Shown here: positions 1 through 10,396 of the stretch, one piece after another | Numbering within the stretch: position 1 is the first letter of the stretch | How the letters are laid out: every line of letters starts with the position of its first letter | Source of the DNA: a virus | Taxonomy: Duplodnaviria; Caudoviricetes | Virus record (IMG/VR): IMGVR_UViG_3300028030_000037 | Location: 1-34,528 of that record | DNA: 34,528 nucleotides | Strand: one strand, 5' to 3' | Program-made: the position numbers and the translations under genes | The notes under the pieces: model-generated | Databases searched by the model: none | What the model was told of the DNA's origin: nothing | The model's input: only the letters and a program-made list of their open reading frames with translations

Positions 1-121
1 ACATTGGTAAATTGGCAGCATTGGTTGGTTTGGCGTTAGCTGGATCATTACTATATTACCGGATTCTGGTTATCAGGAAACTGCAATTAGAGTTAAAACA
101 AAACGATTAACAACCGCTTGA
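1..121. repeat. Terminal direct repeat/assembly overlap, left copy
   Basis: Same as 34408-34528 except G18 vs T34425. Confidence 0.95.
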
Positions 122-128
122 GGCAAGC

Positions 129-422
129 ATGAAAACATTTAAAGACGATACGGTTCGGATTGAACTCGGGCCACAATTGATTGAGCTGGAAGCAACAGAC
201 GCTAATCTAGCTGATGAAGTGACAGCACCACACTACCACGAAGGCGCTATTGACGCACTTGGCAAACAGATTGTGAAAGGTCAGAAAATGACTTGTGTTG
301 ACTGGCGAGCAAAGCATGTCCCACATGTTCACAAAGTCTATCAGCATGACGGTAAGCGATTCCAACTTGTCGCAGAATATGAAAACGAAGATGACGCGAT
401 TGCATTTGCGGAGGGCTTGTAA
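129..422 (+). CDS. Hypothetical phage protein
   Basis: 97 aa ORF, stop overlaps the next start (TAATG). Confidence 0.75.
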   Translation: MKTFKDDTVRIELGPQLIELEATDANLADEVTAPHYHEGAIDALGKQIVKGQKMTCVDWRAKHVPHVHKVYQHDGKRFQLVAEYENEDDAIAFAEGL

Positions 423-793
423 TGCCTTATATTAACGACTCAGTTTTAGACAACCTATCGAGCCTGGCTGGTGCAACTGGTCGCCGTGTGGATATTAACT
501 ACACACAAGAGCCAACAACTTATACCGAAGCGACGAGTACTTATTCATGCGGGAACAAGACAGGGCTTACCATGACTGCGCTCGCAAACGGTGCGATTGA
601 TGGCCGGATGGTACAAACGCCAGCGATTACTGATGGAAGCGTAACAGCTACGCAAACGGCTGGGTGGTGGTCAATCACTGATGCTGCTTCGGTATTACAT
701 GCTGCTGGGGCATTAAGTACAACTCAAGGTGTCACAGACCTAAATACGTTCACACTCGATGCAATCTCAATCACTAACCGTGATGCGGCTTAA
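422..793 (+). CDS. Putative small virion structural protein
   Basis: Thr/Ala/Gly-rich 123 aa protein with beta-strand-like character; coupled to the upstream ORF and directly before a fibre-like gene. Confidence 0.6.
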   Translation: MPYINDSVLDNLSSLAGATGRRVDINYTQEPTTYTEATSTYSCGNKTGLTMTALANGAIDGRMVQTPAITDGSVTATQTAGWWSITDAASVLHAAGALSTTQGVTDLNTFTLDAISITNRDAA

Positions 794-805
794 TAACCGC
801 GCGAC

Positions 806-2617
806 ATGACAGGTACTGCGCTAACAGCGACTAACACCAGTGATCTTGAGTTATATTCAGGCAATACTGGTAAATCACGTCGCCTGACATGGTGGAATAG
901 TTATCAATCCCGTTGGGATGGACTGCTGCCTAAAGACGATGGTGGATCAGATGACCACTACATTTTTACAGGCATCGACGGAACGCCAGTTGATACGGGT
1001 ATCCAGCTGGAGGATCGTTCTACCGGCCAGCCCACTATTTACTGGGATGACGCAAACAAAAAGCTGCATTGCGTTTCTGCACATGACTCCAGTTTTCAGT
1101 ATTGGACGATAGATTATAACTCGACAACCGATATCTATAGTTTTGTTTCTGGCCAGGGGGTTGATGGAACGGGTGTTACAGTATCAGGGTTGACTCGTGG
1201 CTCTGCAAAACGTGATGAAGGTTTCGGGCTTACTAAAACCCCAAATGGTTATTTGTGGGTATTTAATTGTCAAAATGCCAGCAATCAAATCCAAATGGCA
1301 TATAGCACAGATTCTGGTGCGACATGGTCAACAGAAATAACACTTGGAACACTCTCTGATCGTGCGTGTGTAGATGCGACATGGTTTGCCAATGGCGGGA
1401 CAAATTATGTTTGTGTGTTTGTCTCAGAAAATGGCAATGGTGGTTCGGCAGGTAGAGAGCAGCGATTTTATTATATCGACGAGGGCAACGCATCACCAAC
1501 AACATCAGGTAATTGGACTAACGATAGTGCCAATATTCCTGCATTCGACACTAGCGCAGAGGCAGATGACCATTGCTGCATGGCGAAAGACTCGTCAGAA
1601 AATCTATACATCGTCTATAAACAGGAAGGCACTGGCGAAAACGACATTAAACTCATCACCCGCAGCCCAACCGGAACTTGGGGCGGCACTTATGAAGTTT
1701 GGAATGATACAGCTGGAAGAACTAGGCCGGTAGTAGGGATAAAGAAAAAGGATAGCTCGACAGATGAAGAACTGATTGTTGCAGCAAGTTTAACATACGC
1801 CCCGCGCGGTACAATTGTATATAAAACAACCGATCTGACTACAATCAGTTTTAGTGCTGAAACGACGCTATTTGAGGATACTGTTGGGTCAGACGATTTA
1901 AACGACACAATAATTTACCAGTCTGATTTTGTTGCTACGTCAGACAGCGGTGTTTTTGCAATAGCCCACGACGAAACAGATACAGATTATTGGCAAAATA
2001 GCGTCTCAATAACTGCGTCGGCTGGGGTAACGCTAGATGCTGTAGATATAGAATCCGCAAGTGAGGTCACTAACCCTGCAATTGGCCAAATCCACGCCCT
2101 TACCGCTATAGACATAGACTCAGCGAGTAATGTTAGTCAGCCTGTTATTGCTCAGATTCATGCGTTAACAAACGTATCTGTAGATTCATCCAGCGAAGTA
2201 ACCCAGCCAAACATAAGCCAGTCTCATATATTAGCAGCGACAAGTATCGAGTCGGCAAGTAATGTCAGCAATCCGGCTGTTACCGACGTATCAGGCACAG
2301 TGTTAGATGCAGTTGATATTGAGTCGGCGAGTGAAGTATCAAGCCCTACATTTGCGCAGGTTCATTTGCTAAACCCAACAGGGGCAGAGTCTGCAAGTGT
2401 CGTTAGCACGCCGGTAATCGGTCAAATCTATTTACTGCATCCTGTGTCGGTAGACTCAAGCAGTACAGTTAGTAGCCCAACACTAAATGGCACTCCAATT
2501 GTAACGCCTAGCAGTAGAGTAATATCAGTTATCGGAGATAGTAGATTGATAAGTATCGGACAAGCAAACAGGTCAATAGTTGTTAATCCGCAAACTAGGG
2601 ATATAATGGTTAACTAA
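806..2617 (+). CDS. Putative fibre/adhesin: N-terminal BNR/sialidase-like beta-propeller plus C-terminal 22-aa repeats
   Basis: Asp-box motif YSTDSGATWS; seven LxAxxIxSxSxVSxP repeats. Confidence 0.6.
   Translation: MTGTALTATNTSDLELYSGNTGKSRRLTWWNSYQSRWDGLLPKDDGGSDDHYIFTGIDGTPVDTGIQLEDRSTGQPTIYWDDANKKLHCVSAHDSSFQYWTIDYNSTTDIYSFVSGQGVDGTGVTVSGLTRGSAKRDEGFGLTKTPNGYLWVFNCQNASNQIQMAYSTDSGATWSTEITLGTLSDRACVDATWFANGGTNYVCVFVSENGNGGSAGREQRFYYIDEGNASPTTSGNWTNDSANIPAFDTSAEADDHCCMAKDSSENLYIVYKQEGTGENDIKLITRSPTGTWGGTYEVWNDTAGRTRPVVGIKKKDSSTDEELIVAASLTYAPRGTIVYKTTDLTTISFSAETTLFEDTVGSDDLNDTIIYQSDFVATSDSGVFAIAHDETDTDYWQNSVSITASAGVTLDAVDIESASEVTNPAIGQIHALTAIDIDSASNVSQPVIAQIHALTNVSVDSSSEVTQPNISQSHILAATSIESASNVSNPAVTDVSGTVLDAVDIESASEVSSPTFAQVHLLNPTGAESASVVSTPVIGQIYLLHPVSVDSSSTVSSPTLNGTPIVTPSSRVISVIGDSRLISIGQANRSIVVNPQTRDIMVN
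2033..2485 (+). repeat. Seven tandem ~22-aa protein repeats
   Basis: LDAVDIESASEVTNPAIGQIHA / LTAIDIDSASNVSQPVIAQIHA / LTNVSVDSSSEVTQPNISQSHI and four more. Confidence 0.85.
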
Positions 2618-2647
2618 TATGATAACAAATATCGGTAATATCAAAAA

Positions 2648-2935
2648 ATGAAGAGGTTTACTAAATCAAAGGATTCAGTATTAGACTACAAAATAAAGTG
2701 GACTAAATGGTTAGGCACGGACACAATTGCAACAAGCACATGGGATGCTGATTCAGGCATTACTGTAGATAGCGATACAAACGACATAACAAGCGCGACT
2801 GTTTGGCTATCTGGTGGCACAACTGGAGAAACTTATTGCGTTAAAAACACAATAACAACAAGTGGCGGCAGGACAGAGAAAAAAGCGTTTCACGTTGTAA
2901 TAGAAGACTGTGAAGATAGGGAGATAGACTACTAA
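2648..2935 (+). CDS. Putative fibre adaptor protein
   Basis: K-x-x-D-x-x-LDY...W...WL.GG...Y.V.N.ITT..GRT pattern, typical of small phage fibre-adaptor proteins. Confidence 0.6.
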   Translation: MKRFTKSKDSVLDYKIKWTKWLGTDTIATSTWDADSGITVDSDTNDITSATVWLSGGTTGETYCVKNTITTSGGRTEKKAFHVVIEDCEDREIDY

Positions 2936-3270
2936 TGGCGACAAGAAAACACCTAAGGCATGATGAAAAAACAAGAGCGAAAATTCAAGCAAGTCAGCTA
3001 ATAAATCGCTTAAAGAAACATATACTTGCAAAACCAGAAGAAATAAACGGGAAATGGGTTGTAAAAGACCTGATGACGCAAAGCCAAGTAACGGCGGCTT
3101 TAGGGTTGATAAAAAAAGTATTGCCAGATTTGCAGGCCATTGAAATGAAAGCAGAAGTAACTGAAACGAAGCGCATTATAAGCAGCGAGCCATTAACTAC
3201 AGATGAGTGGGAAAGAAAATACGGAGATAATCTGGAGGCCTCAAGCAGGCCCGCAAAAAGCCTTAATTGA
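2935..3270 (+). CDS. terS: Putative terminase small subunit
   Basis: 111 aa, overlaps the start of the large terminase; LIKKVLPDL motif. Confidence 0.65.
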   Translation: MATRKHLRHDEKTRAKIQASQLINRLKKHILAKPEEINGKWVVKDLMTQSQVTAALGLIKKVLPDLQAIEMKAEVTETKRIISSEPLTTDEWERKYGDNLEASSRPAKSLN

Positions 3271-4621
3271 TTGCCCAATACCAGAGATATTTTATGGAGG
3301 GGCAAGAGGAGGCGGGAAAACTGACGGCGTTCTAGGTAAATATGCCATAAAGGCAGAAACCTATGGCGAAGGATTTAACGCTATATTCTTTCGCAAAGAG
3401 TTACCAATGCTTGACGATGCCATAGAACGTAGTCGGTTTATTTTCGGATCAATTGGAGCAGTATGGCAAGACCAGAAAAAGACATGGCGGTTCCCCAGTG
3501 GTGGAAGGTTAAGGTTTAGACCATTAGAGAGGGTTCAAGATGCAGAAAAGTATCAAGGTCAGAATATTAGTGATGCGTGCGTTGAAGAAGCTGGCAACTA
3601 TCCTGACCCAGCGCCTATAGATAGGTTAAACGGTGTTTTAAGAAGTGTTTCAGGTGTCCCTACACAGTTAATAATGACAGGCAACCCCGGCGGGCCGGGG
3701 CAGAACTGGATAAGGTTAAGATATATAGACCCAGCACCACAAGGAATGAAGGTGCTAGAAAGAGCATTACCAAATGGTGAAGTACATAAATATGTATTTA
3801 TACCGTCGAAGCTAAAGAATAATAAGTTATTGGTGCAGCAAGACCCAGGATATGTAAACAGGCTGTATTTGGTAGGTTCAAAAGAGCTAGTGAAGGCATG
3901 GTTAGATGGTGACTGGAATGCAATTGAAGGTGCATATTTTGACTGCTGGTCTAAAGATATGGAGTTAAAGCCGTTTGAGATACCAGAACATTGGATGCGG
4001 TTTCGCTCATTTGATTGGGGAAGCGCAAAGCCATTTTCAGTTGGTTGGTGGGCGGTAGCTTCGGAAGACTATATCCACCCATCAGGCCGCATACCAAAGG
4101 GCGCTATGGTAAGATATCGTGAATGGTATGGGTCAAGTGGTCCTAACGTAGGATTAAAACTGACTGCTGAAAGTGTAGGAGCCGGAATAAAGGCAAAGGA
4201 ACACGGAGATAATATTAGCTATGGAGTTGCAGACCCGGCAATATTTACAAAGGATGGCGGGCCATCAATAGCTGACAGGATGGTTTTATATTGGCGTCAT
4301 GCTGATAACAAGCGCGTCGCGTCAAAAGGCCATGTAGGTGGATGGGATCAAATGAGGCAACGAATGCAAGGTGAAGACGGTAGGCCAATGATTTATTGCT
4401 TTACCACTTGTGTTGATTCAATTAGAACTATCCCAGTATTACAGCATGACGTTAACAAACCAGAAGATTTAGATTCAGACATGGAAGACCACGCAGCAGA
4501 TGAATGGCGTTATGCTTGCATGAGTAGGCCATATATCACAGAGAAGCCAGGCGAGAAAACCACGCCTAATGATTATGGTTTTGAAGACGATGATATTGAA
4601 GACGACTGGAAAACGGCATGA
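3203..4621 (+). CDS. terL: Terminase large subunit
   Basis: PQAGPQ, Walker A GGARGGGKT, Walker B-like CVEEA, TGNPGG coupling motif, nuclease DWG and EDHAADEWRY. Confidence 0.95.
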   Translation: MSGKENTEIIWRPQAGPQKALIDCPIPEIFYGGARGGGKTDGVLGKYAIKAETYGEGFNAIFFRKELPMLDDAIERSRFIFGSIGAVWQDQKKTWRFPSGGRLRFRPLERVQDAEKYQGQNISDACVEEAGNYPDPAPIDRLNGVLRSVSGVPTQLIMTGNPGGPGQNWIRLRYIDPAPQGMKVLERALPNGEVHKYVFIPSKLKNNKLLVQQDPGYVNRLYLVGSKELVKAWLDGDWNAIEGAYFDCWSKDMELKPFEIPEHWMRFRSFDWGSAKPFSVGWWAVASEDYIHPSGRIPKGAMVRYREWYGSSGPNVGLKLTAESVGAGIKAKEHGDNISYGVADPAIFTKDGGPSIADRMVLYWRHADNKRVASKGHVGGWDQMRQRMQGEDGRPMIYCFTTCVDSIRTIPVLQHDVNKPEDLDSDMEDHAADEWRYACMSRPYITEKPGEKTTPNDYGFEDDDIEDDWKTA

Positions 4622-6441
4622 TTGAAATCAACACAGTAAAGAAGAACATAGAGAAGTTTCTGACTGATACCGCTGACGCGCGTACAGCTTCGGAACGATG
4701 CCGTGATTATTACGACAACAAGCAATGGACGGAACAGGAAGCAAAAGTATTACAATCAAGGAAACAAGCCCCTATTGTTGTAAATCGAATTAAACCAAAG
4801 GTTGAGGGGTTAATCGGCCTTTATAATCTACGCAAGAACGATCCAAAAGCATACGCGAGAACGCAGAAACATGAAGAATCCAGCCATGTTATTACAGACG
4901 CCCTTCGATATGTAGCCGACAATACAGACTTTGACAACACTCGACTAGATATTGCGGATAACTTCTTCGTCGAGGGCTATGGAGGCGCGATTGTTGACGT
5001 AAAGCAAAAAGGCGACGATGTGGAAATTAGCGTAGATCATATCCCGTGGGATCGTATCTATTTTGACCCGCATAGCAGAAAAAAGGATTTCTCAGACGCA
5101 AGATATAAAGGAATTATCATGTGGATGTATGAGGACGAAGCGGAAGAAATGTTCCCAGATTCTGATATTGACGCATGTGTTAATCAGTATGCCGGTGCAG
5201 ATGAAACCTTTGAAGATAAACCTATTTGGACAGATTCAAGGAAGGGCCGCATTCGACTAGCTTTGCATTTTGAGGTACACAAATCTGTGTGGAATATGAG
5301 TATCAGCTGTGGTGATGTTTTTATCGTAGAGCCACAAGTATCAACATATCTCGATGATGACGGGCAGCCGACATGCCCGATTGAATTAATTAGCGCGAAT
5401 ATAGACCGAGATAATAACCGCTATGGCGAGGTTTCTGGGTTCCTTGACCAGCAAGACGAAATCAATCATAGGCGCTCTAAATTCCTTCATTACCTTAATT
5501 CTCGACAGACATTTGGCCGGAAGGGTTCACAGCCTGACATTAATAAACTCAAGAGAGAATTATCTAAGCCAGATGGTCATATTGAGTTTGAAGGCGACCA
5601 GTTTGGTAAAGACTTCGGAGTTATGCCGCAGAATCAAGGTGCGGAATCAGGGCAATTTACGTTATACCAAGATGCTAAAGCAGAGCTTGACGCTGTATCT
5701 ATAAATGCCCAGCTATCAGGAGATAGGCAGCAAGGTAACCTCTCTGGTGTTGCTATTGGGAAACTGCAACAAGCTGGAACAATGGAATTAAACCGGCAAT
5801 ATGCCTTGCTAGCTGGGTTTGAGAAAAGAATCTATCGGCAAATTTGGTGGAGAATTAAGCAGTTTTGGACTAAAGCCAAGTGGATACGCATAACAGATGA
5901 TCAGGACAACCTACGGTGGGTTGGGTTTAATACTGAAATCACTATGCAGGAAGCATTAGAAGAAAAGATAAATGACGAATCAGAGCCGTTGCACGTTAGA
6001 CGACAAGCAGCAATGTTCTATACACAAATGATTCAAACAAATGACCCTCAACTTCAATCTATTGTCGAAGTGAGAAACCCGGTTCCTGAACTTGATGTAG
6101 ATATCATCCTCAATCAGTCTTTTGATGTGGTTAATGCACAAGAAGAACAGTTCCAGATGCTTGCTCAATTTGCTAATGGAAGCGATGTTGATTTATTAGA
6201 CCTAATCGAGCTGTCCCAGCTTAAAGGGAAAGATGAACTAATTCAGAAGATCGAAAAGAGAAGAGAAGCCGCAGCTCAAGCAGCAGGCGGTAAAATCCAA
6301 TTAGAGCAGCAACAAATGGCTGCTAAAACAGAAAGCATACAAGCTAATACTGCTAAAACTTTCACAGAGGCGCAGCAAAAGCAGATAGAAAACGAACTAC
6401 TTATAACTGATCCTGCTCAAATAAATAGTATTAGTGTATAA
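4618..6441 (+). CDS. Portal protein (P22-like)
   Basis: Follows terL; DYYDNKQW, NRIKPKV and QDEINHRRSK motifs; C-terminal coiled coil. Confidence 0.9.
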   Translation: MIEINTVKKNIEKFLTDTADARTASERCRDYYDNKQWTEQEAKVLQSRKQAPIVVNRIKPKVEGLIGLYNLRKNDPKAYARTQKHEESSHVITDALRYVADNTDFDNTRLDIADNFFVEGYGGAIVDVKQKGDDVEISVDHIPWDRIYFDPHSRKKDFSDARYKGIIMWMYEDEAEEMFPDSDIDACVNQYAGADETFEDKPIWTDSRKGRIRLALHFEVHKSVWNMSISCGDVFIVEPQVSTYLDDDGQPTCPIELISANIDRDNNRYGEVSGFLDQQDEINHRRSKFLHYLNSRQTFGRKGSQPDINKLKRELSKPDGHIEFEGDQFGKDFGVMPQNQGAESGQFTLYQDAKAELDAVSINAQLSGDRQQGNLSGVAIGKLQQAGTMELNRQYALLAGFEKRIYRQIWWRIKQFWTKAKWIRITDDQDNLRWVGFNTEITMQEALEEKINDESEPLHVRRQAAMFYTQMIQTNDPQLQSIVEVRNPVPELDVDIILNQSFDVVNAQEEQFQMLAQFANGSDVDLLDLIELSQLKGKDELIQKIEKRREAAAQAAGGKIQLEQQQMAAKTESIQANTAKTFTEAQQKQIENELLITDPAQINSISV

Positions 6442-6517
6442 TATTTAGTTATACCCGCCGCCGGGGTTTTCGGGCGAAGTGGACGCCGCACAACGGGCGC
6501 TGTTAAAAGGTGAAGAC

Positions 6518-7276
6518 ATGACCGAACAAGCTGAAGAGCTGGAAGAAGTAGCCGAGGATATTATGTCCTTATCTGATACGTTCAACGACGATCTGGAAGA
6601 CGCTGAAGATAAATCAGAAGAAACCAGCGAAGTCGAAACGGGCGAAACGGAAGAAGTAGAAGAAACCGAAGCGAAAGCCGAGGAAGAAACTACCGAAACC
6701 GAAGTGGTGACGCCGACCACGGAACAGTCCGGTCTATATGCGGCACTACAAGCCGAGCGGAAGAAACGACAGGAAGCAGAAGAAAGACTGGCTAAAAAAG
6801 AACCAGAAGTCGTACCTGACCCAATGGATGACCCAGAAGGCTATGCTAAACACATAGAACAAAAGGCAGACAAAGGGTTGCTTGAAACCAGAATCTCCCT
6901 TTCACGGGATTTAATGATGGATAGCAAAGATGACTACCTTGAAAAAGAAAAGGTGTTCATGGGTATGATTATGGATGACGAAGGTAAGGTGATTGACAAA
7001 ACCTTGCATGAGAAATTTTTGGCAAGTTCTAACCCTGCGAAATTTACTTACGACACAGCTAAAGAACATCTCGAAATTCAGGAATTAAAGTCACCAGATT
7101 ACCGTGACAAGTTAAAAGCTGAAATCCGCGCTGAGTTACTTGCTGAAATGAAAGTACCTGAAATTAAATCTGTAAAGCCAACTGAAGTGCCTAACTTAAC
7201 CAAAGCCAGCGAGGCCGGATCAAATACTGAAAAGGCTGAATCGGAAATTACCGAAATGTCCGAATTGTTTGGCTAA
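6518..7276 (+). CDS. Capsid scaffolding protein
   Basis: Very acidic N-terminus, AL..ER.KRQ coiled coil, between portal and capsid; ATG at 6518 after AAGGTG. Confidence 0.8.
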   Translation: MTEQAEELEEVAEDIMSLSDTFNDDLEDAEDKSEETSEVETGETEEVEETEAKAEEETTETEVVTPTTEQSGLYAALQAERKKRQEAEERLAKKEPEVVPDPMDDPEGYAKHIEQKADKGLLETRISLSRDLMMDSKDDYLEKEKVFMGMIMDDEGKVIDKTLHEKFLASSNPAKFTYDTAKEHLEIQELKSPDYRDKLKAEIRAELLAEMKVPEIKSVKPTEVPNLTKASEAGSNTEKAESEITEMSELFG

Positions 7277-7294
7277 TTTTAGGAGTGCTATAAA

Positions 7295-8443
7295 ATGGCA
7301 TCATCAACAATTAGTACCGGGAACCTTACAACCCGGTTTCAAAACAAAGTAAAACGCGAGTATGTCCGTGGCGGTCGTTATGCACCGTACATTGGCAACA
7401 CTCAGGATGCAATCATCCAGGTTAATAATGACCTGAAGAAAGTATCTATCCCACTGATCGGCAAGCTATCCGGCGCAGGTGTAACTGGTTCTACAGCTCT
7501 TGGCGGTAATGAAGAGGCGCTGAATAACTACGATTTCACCATGCAGCCGACGTATAAGCGAAATGGCGTCCTGATCGACAATGAAGAGAATGAAAAGGCT
7601 GAATTCGATTTGTTCTCTGAAGCACGCCCAGCCTTGATGAACTGGGCAATGGAGTTAAAGCGCGACGAAATCACGCAGGCAATGGGCGCTGTTATCGCTG
7701 GAACTACCTATGCGAACTACGGTGGCACTACCGGAGCTTATGGCGCAGCAGCAGCTACAGCGGCGCAGATGGACACATGGAACACCAATAACTCAGATCG
7801 TATTCTTTACGGTGCTGCTGTTGGTAACTATGTTTCTGGTGATCATACTGCCTCTTTAGCTACCATTGACACAACCAATGACAAGTTGGACGCGGATATG
7901 GTCCGCCTACTGAAGCGCCGTGCTGAAGCAGCTGATCCTCTGATCCGTCCGGTGATGGTCAAAGGTGATGAGCCGTGGTATGTGTTCTTTGTCGGTACTT
8001 ATGCCTTCCGTGACCTGCAAGCTGATCTTGACACTAAGCACCAGAACGCAATGCCTCGTTCCGTTGATGGGAACCCATTGTGGACTGGTGGCGATCTGGT
8101 TATGGATGGCGTTATCATTAAGAAAGTGCCAGAGATCGACTCAGTATTCATTGATGGCTCAGGCGGTGCTTTTGGCGGTGTTTGGGGAGCAGGTGCAACT
8201 GGTGACAGTCTGGCAACTGGCGGTAATCTCGGAAGCCGTGTATCAGTCGGTTTCTTCTGCGGTGCGCAGGCAGTTGGTTTCGGCGTAGGCCGTCAAGCAT
8301 CATTTAAGCGCAAGAAAGAAGATGACTATGAGCATCAGTCAGGTGTTGGCATTACTATGAAGTCTGATATCAAAAAGACTTTTTACAACAACAAGCAGCA
8401 TGGCATGGTTACTTCATTCCATAGCTCAACCGGCGACGCTTAA
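7295..8443 (+). CDS. Major capsid protein (N4 gp56/DUF4043-like)
   Basis: 382 aa; L.G.GV.G...L.GNEE and C-terminal DDYE..G motifs; strong RBS AGGAG; terminator downstream. Confidence 0.88.
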   Translation: MASSTISTGNLTTRFQNKVKREYVRGGRYAPYIGNTQDAIIQVNNDLKKVSIPLIGKLSGAGVTGSTALGGNEEALNNYDFTMQPTYKRNGVLIDNEENEKAEFDLFSEARPALMNWAMELKRDEITQAMGAVIAGTTYANYGGTTGAYGAAAATAAQMDTWNTNNSDRILYGAAVGNYVSGDHTASLATIDTTNDKLDADMVRLLKRRAEAADPLIRPVMVKGDEPWYVFFVGTYAFRDLQADLDTKHQNAMPRSVDGNPLWTGGDLVMDGVIIKKVPEIDSVFIDGSGGAFGGVWGAGATGDSLATGGNLGSRVSVGFFCGAQAVGFGVGRQASFKRKKEDDYEHQSGVGITMKSDIKKTFYNNKQHGMVTSFHSSTGDA

Positions 8444-8449
8444 CAAATC

Positions 8450-8476
8450 GGGGCGGGGGAACTCGCCCCATTTTTT
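8450..8476 (+). terminator. Rho-independent terminator
   Basis: GGGGCGGG-GGAA-CTCGCCCC stem-loop followed by A and TTTTTT. Confidence 0.85.
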
Positions 8477-8485
8477 GAGGTTTAT

Positions 8486-8668
8486 ATGAAATTCAAATTA
8501 GTAAAGGAAGTTGATGGCAAGGTTCGTACTTATGACGGTTCGGAAATAGAAACAGGCGAAACAGTCGAATTGAACGAGCATTTCTCAGCTAAGGCACTAA
8601 ACAACCCAGATTACAAACAGGTGAAACCTCGTGGCAAGCAAAGCGGAAACAAAGCAACTAGCGGGTGA
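8486..8668 (+). CDS. Hypothetical small protein
   Basis: 60 aa, GAGG RBS, follows the capsid gene. Confidence 0.7.
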   Translation: MKFKLVKEVDGKVRTYDGSEIETGETVELNEHFSAKALNNPDYKQVKPRGKQSGNKATSG

Positions 8669-8987
8669 ACTGCTGCGGATAGTCCCTATCGGGCAGACAT
8701 TACAGTCTCACCACGACACCAGAATTGGCGAGGCTTACGATGAAGTGTATGCAGAATTGCAGTCTATGGGGCTTCCTGTATGGGATACTGACGAAGAAAT
8801 GCCGGACGAAATCACACCGCATTTTGTTGGACTAATGGCTTTTAACAAAGCCGATCTATTTGGAATTTCAGATAATCTTTATCAACGAATCCTTGTCAAG
8901 GTTGGAGATGAAGGAAATAAAGCGAAAGCCAAAATGAGAGAAATTTTAGCAAACAGCTATTATTCATCAGAAGCAACGGATTACTAA
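8631..8987 (+). CDS. Putative head-tail adaptor (P22 gp4 position)
   Basis: Helical 118 aa protein directly before the gp10-like gene. Confidence 0.55.
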   Translation: MASKAETKQLAGELLRIVPIGQTLQSHHDTRIGEAYDEVYAELQSMGLPVWDTDEEMPDEITPHFVGLMAFNKADLFGISDNLYQRILVKVGDEGNKAKAKMREILANSYYSSEATDY

Positions 8988-10396
8988 TGCTAATCCCAAT
9001 CAATTTAACTGGCGGTTCGTATCAATCAAGATCGAGGCCGCTATCCTCACAAGTCACCAAAAACTTCTATCCTGAACTCCAAGATGATCCTTTTGTGAAG
9101 GATAAATATGTACTCATGCCTTTTCCTGGTTATAAGCTGTTCGGTTCTTCTGCGGGACTTGATAGAGGAATGCTTGAGCATAAAGGCGTCTTGTATAAGA
9201 TAAGCGGGACTAACTTCTATTCCGTAGCAAGTAATGGAACACATACAGTCAAAGGAACTGTGTCAGGTTCCGGTCAGTGCGTGCTTACTGGAATGGGCGA
9301 TAATGTACTAATTGCCACGGATGCCGGTCTAGTTTATCAATATGATGGAACAGCTGTAACGCAGATTACTGATTCAGATTTAGAGACGCCAGTTAGTGTT
9401 GCTCATTTAAACAATCAGGCAATCTATGACGGCGATAACGGTCGATTCTGCACGTCATCGGTTGGTGATGCTACGGTTATAGATGGGCTTGATTATGCAG
9501 CAGCTGAATCTAATGCTGATGATATCGTTCGAGTCTATACATTTAATCAGAGACTGTTCTTGTTTGGTGAGAAAACTATCGAGCCGTGGTTCAACTCTGG
9601 TGTAGGCCGTCCGCCGTTTGATAAGATCGAAGGTGGCATAATTACAAAAGGACTCGCCGCTCGAATGTCTGTGGCAAACAATGATTCTTATATGTATTTC
9701 TTCGCAGATGATCGGAGAGTTTACCGGATTTCACAGGTAAGGGATGCGCAGCCGGTATCAAATATTGCCTTATCACATGAGTTTGAAGGTTACTCGACAG
9801 TATCTGATGCTATAGCCTTTTGTTTCACAATTGAAGGACAGAACTTCTATCATTTATCATTCCCAACCGAGGATAAAACGTGGTGCTATTCAGAATCAGT
9901 CGGGCAATGGTTTGAGTTATCTCGATCATCAACAAATGGCCGTGATTTGGCTAACTCTCATGCTTATGCTTATGGGAAAAATCTTGTAGCTGACTATAGA
10001 AATTCAAATATCTATGAATGGGATGTAAACACATACGACGAAAACGGACTACCAATGACAAGGGAAAGAGCTTCAGGAGTATTGCATGGAGGGTTAGCAG
10101 GCGCACCAGGTAAAGAACTGGAGTTGAATAGATTTGAGCTAATTTTAGAGACTGGTGTTGGGTTAGTAAGCGGGCAAGGCTCTGATCCAGTTATTATGCT
10201 GCAAATGTCATTAGACGGAGGACGGACATTTGGGACTGAACAATGGGCTAAAATCGGTAAATCAGCTGATTTCCTTCAAAATGTTGAATGGTTTGGATTA
10301 GGGCGGTTTAAAGAGGCTATCTTTAAGATCAAGACTTCAGACCCGGTTACTTACTCCATTCATTCAGCTAATGCGGATATTGAGGTCGGGATATGA
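8987..10396 (+). CDS. Packaged DNA stabilization/tail hub protein (P22 gp10-like)
   Basis: 469 aa beta-rich; AESNAD, FGEKTIEPW, KTWCY, SLDGGRTFG and W.GLG motifs. Confidence 0.88.
   Translation: MLIPINLTGGSYQSRSRPLSSQVTKNFYPELQDDPFVKDKYVLMPFPGYKLFGSSAGLDRGMLEHKGVLYKISGTNFYSVASNGTHTVKGTVSGSGQCVLTGMGDNVLIATDAGLVYQYDGTAVTQITDSDLETPVSVAHLNNQAIYDGDNGRFCTSSVGDATVIDGLDYAAAESNADDIVRVYTFNQRLFLFGEKTIEPWFNSGVGRPPFDKIEGGIITKGLAARMSVANNDSYMYFFADDRRVYRISQVRDAQPVSNIALSHEFEGYSTVSDAIAFCFTIEGQNFYHLSFPTEDKTWCYSESVGQWFELSRSSTNGRDLANSHAYAYGKNLVADYRNSNIYEWDVNTYDENGLPMTRERASGVLHGGLAGAPGKELELNRFELILETGVGLVSGQGSDPVIMLQMSLDGGRTFGTEQWAKIGKSADFLQNVEWFGLGRFKEAIFKIKTSDPVTYSIHSANADIEVGI

Noticed and set aside
6453-6500. 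GC-rich stem region before the scaffold gene as an ncRNA
   Set aside because: Short and only weakly paired; more likely a leader element, and not enough evidence to call
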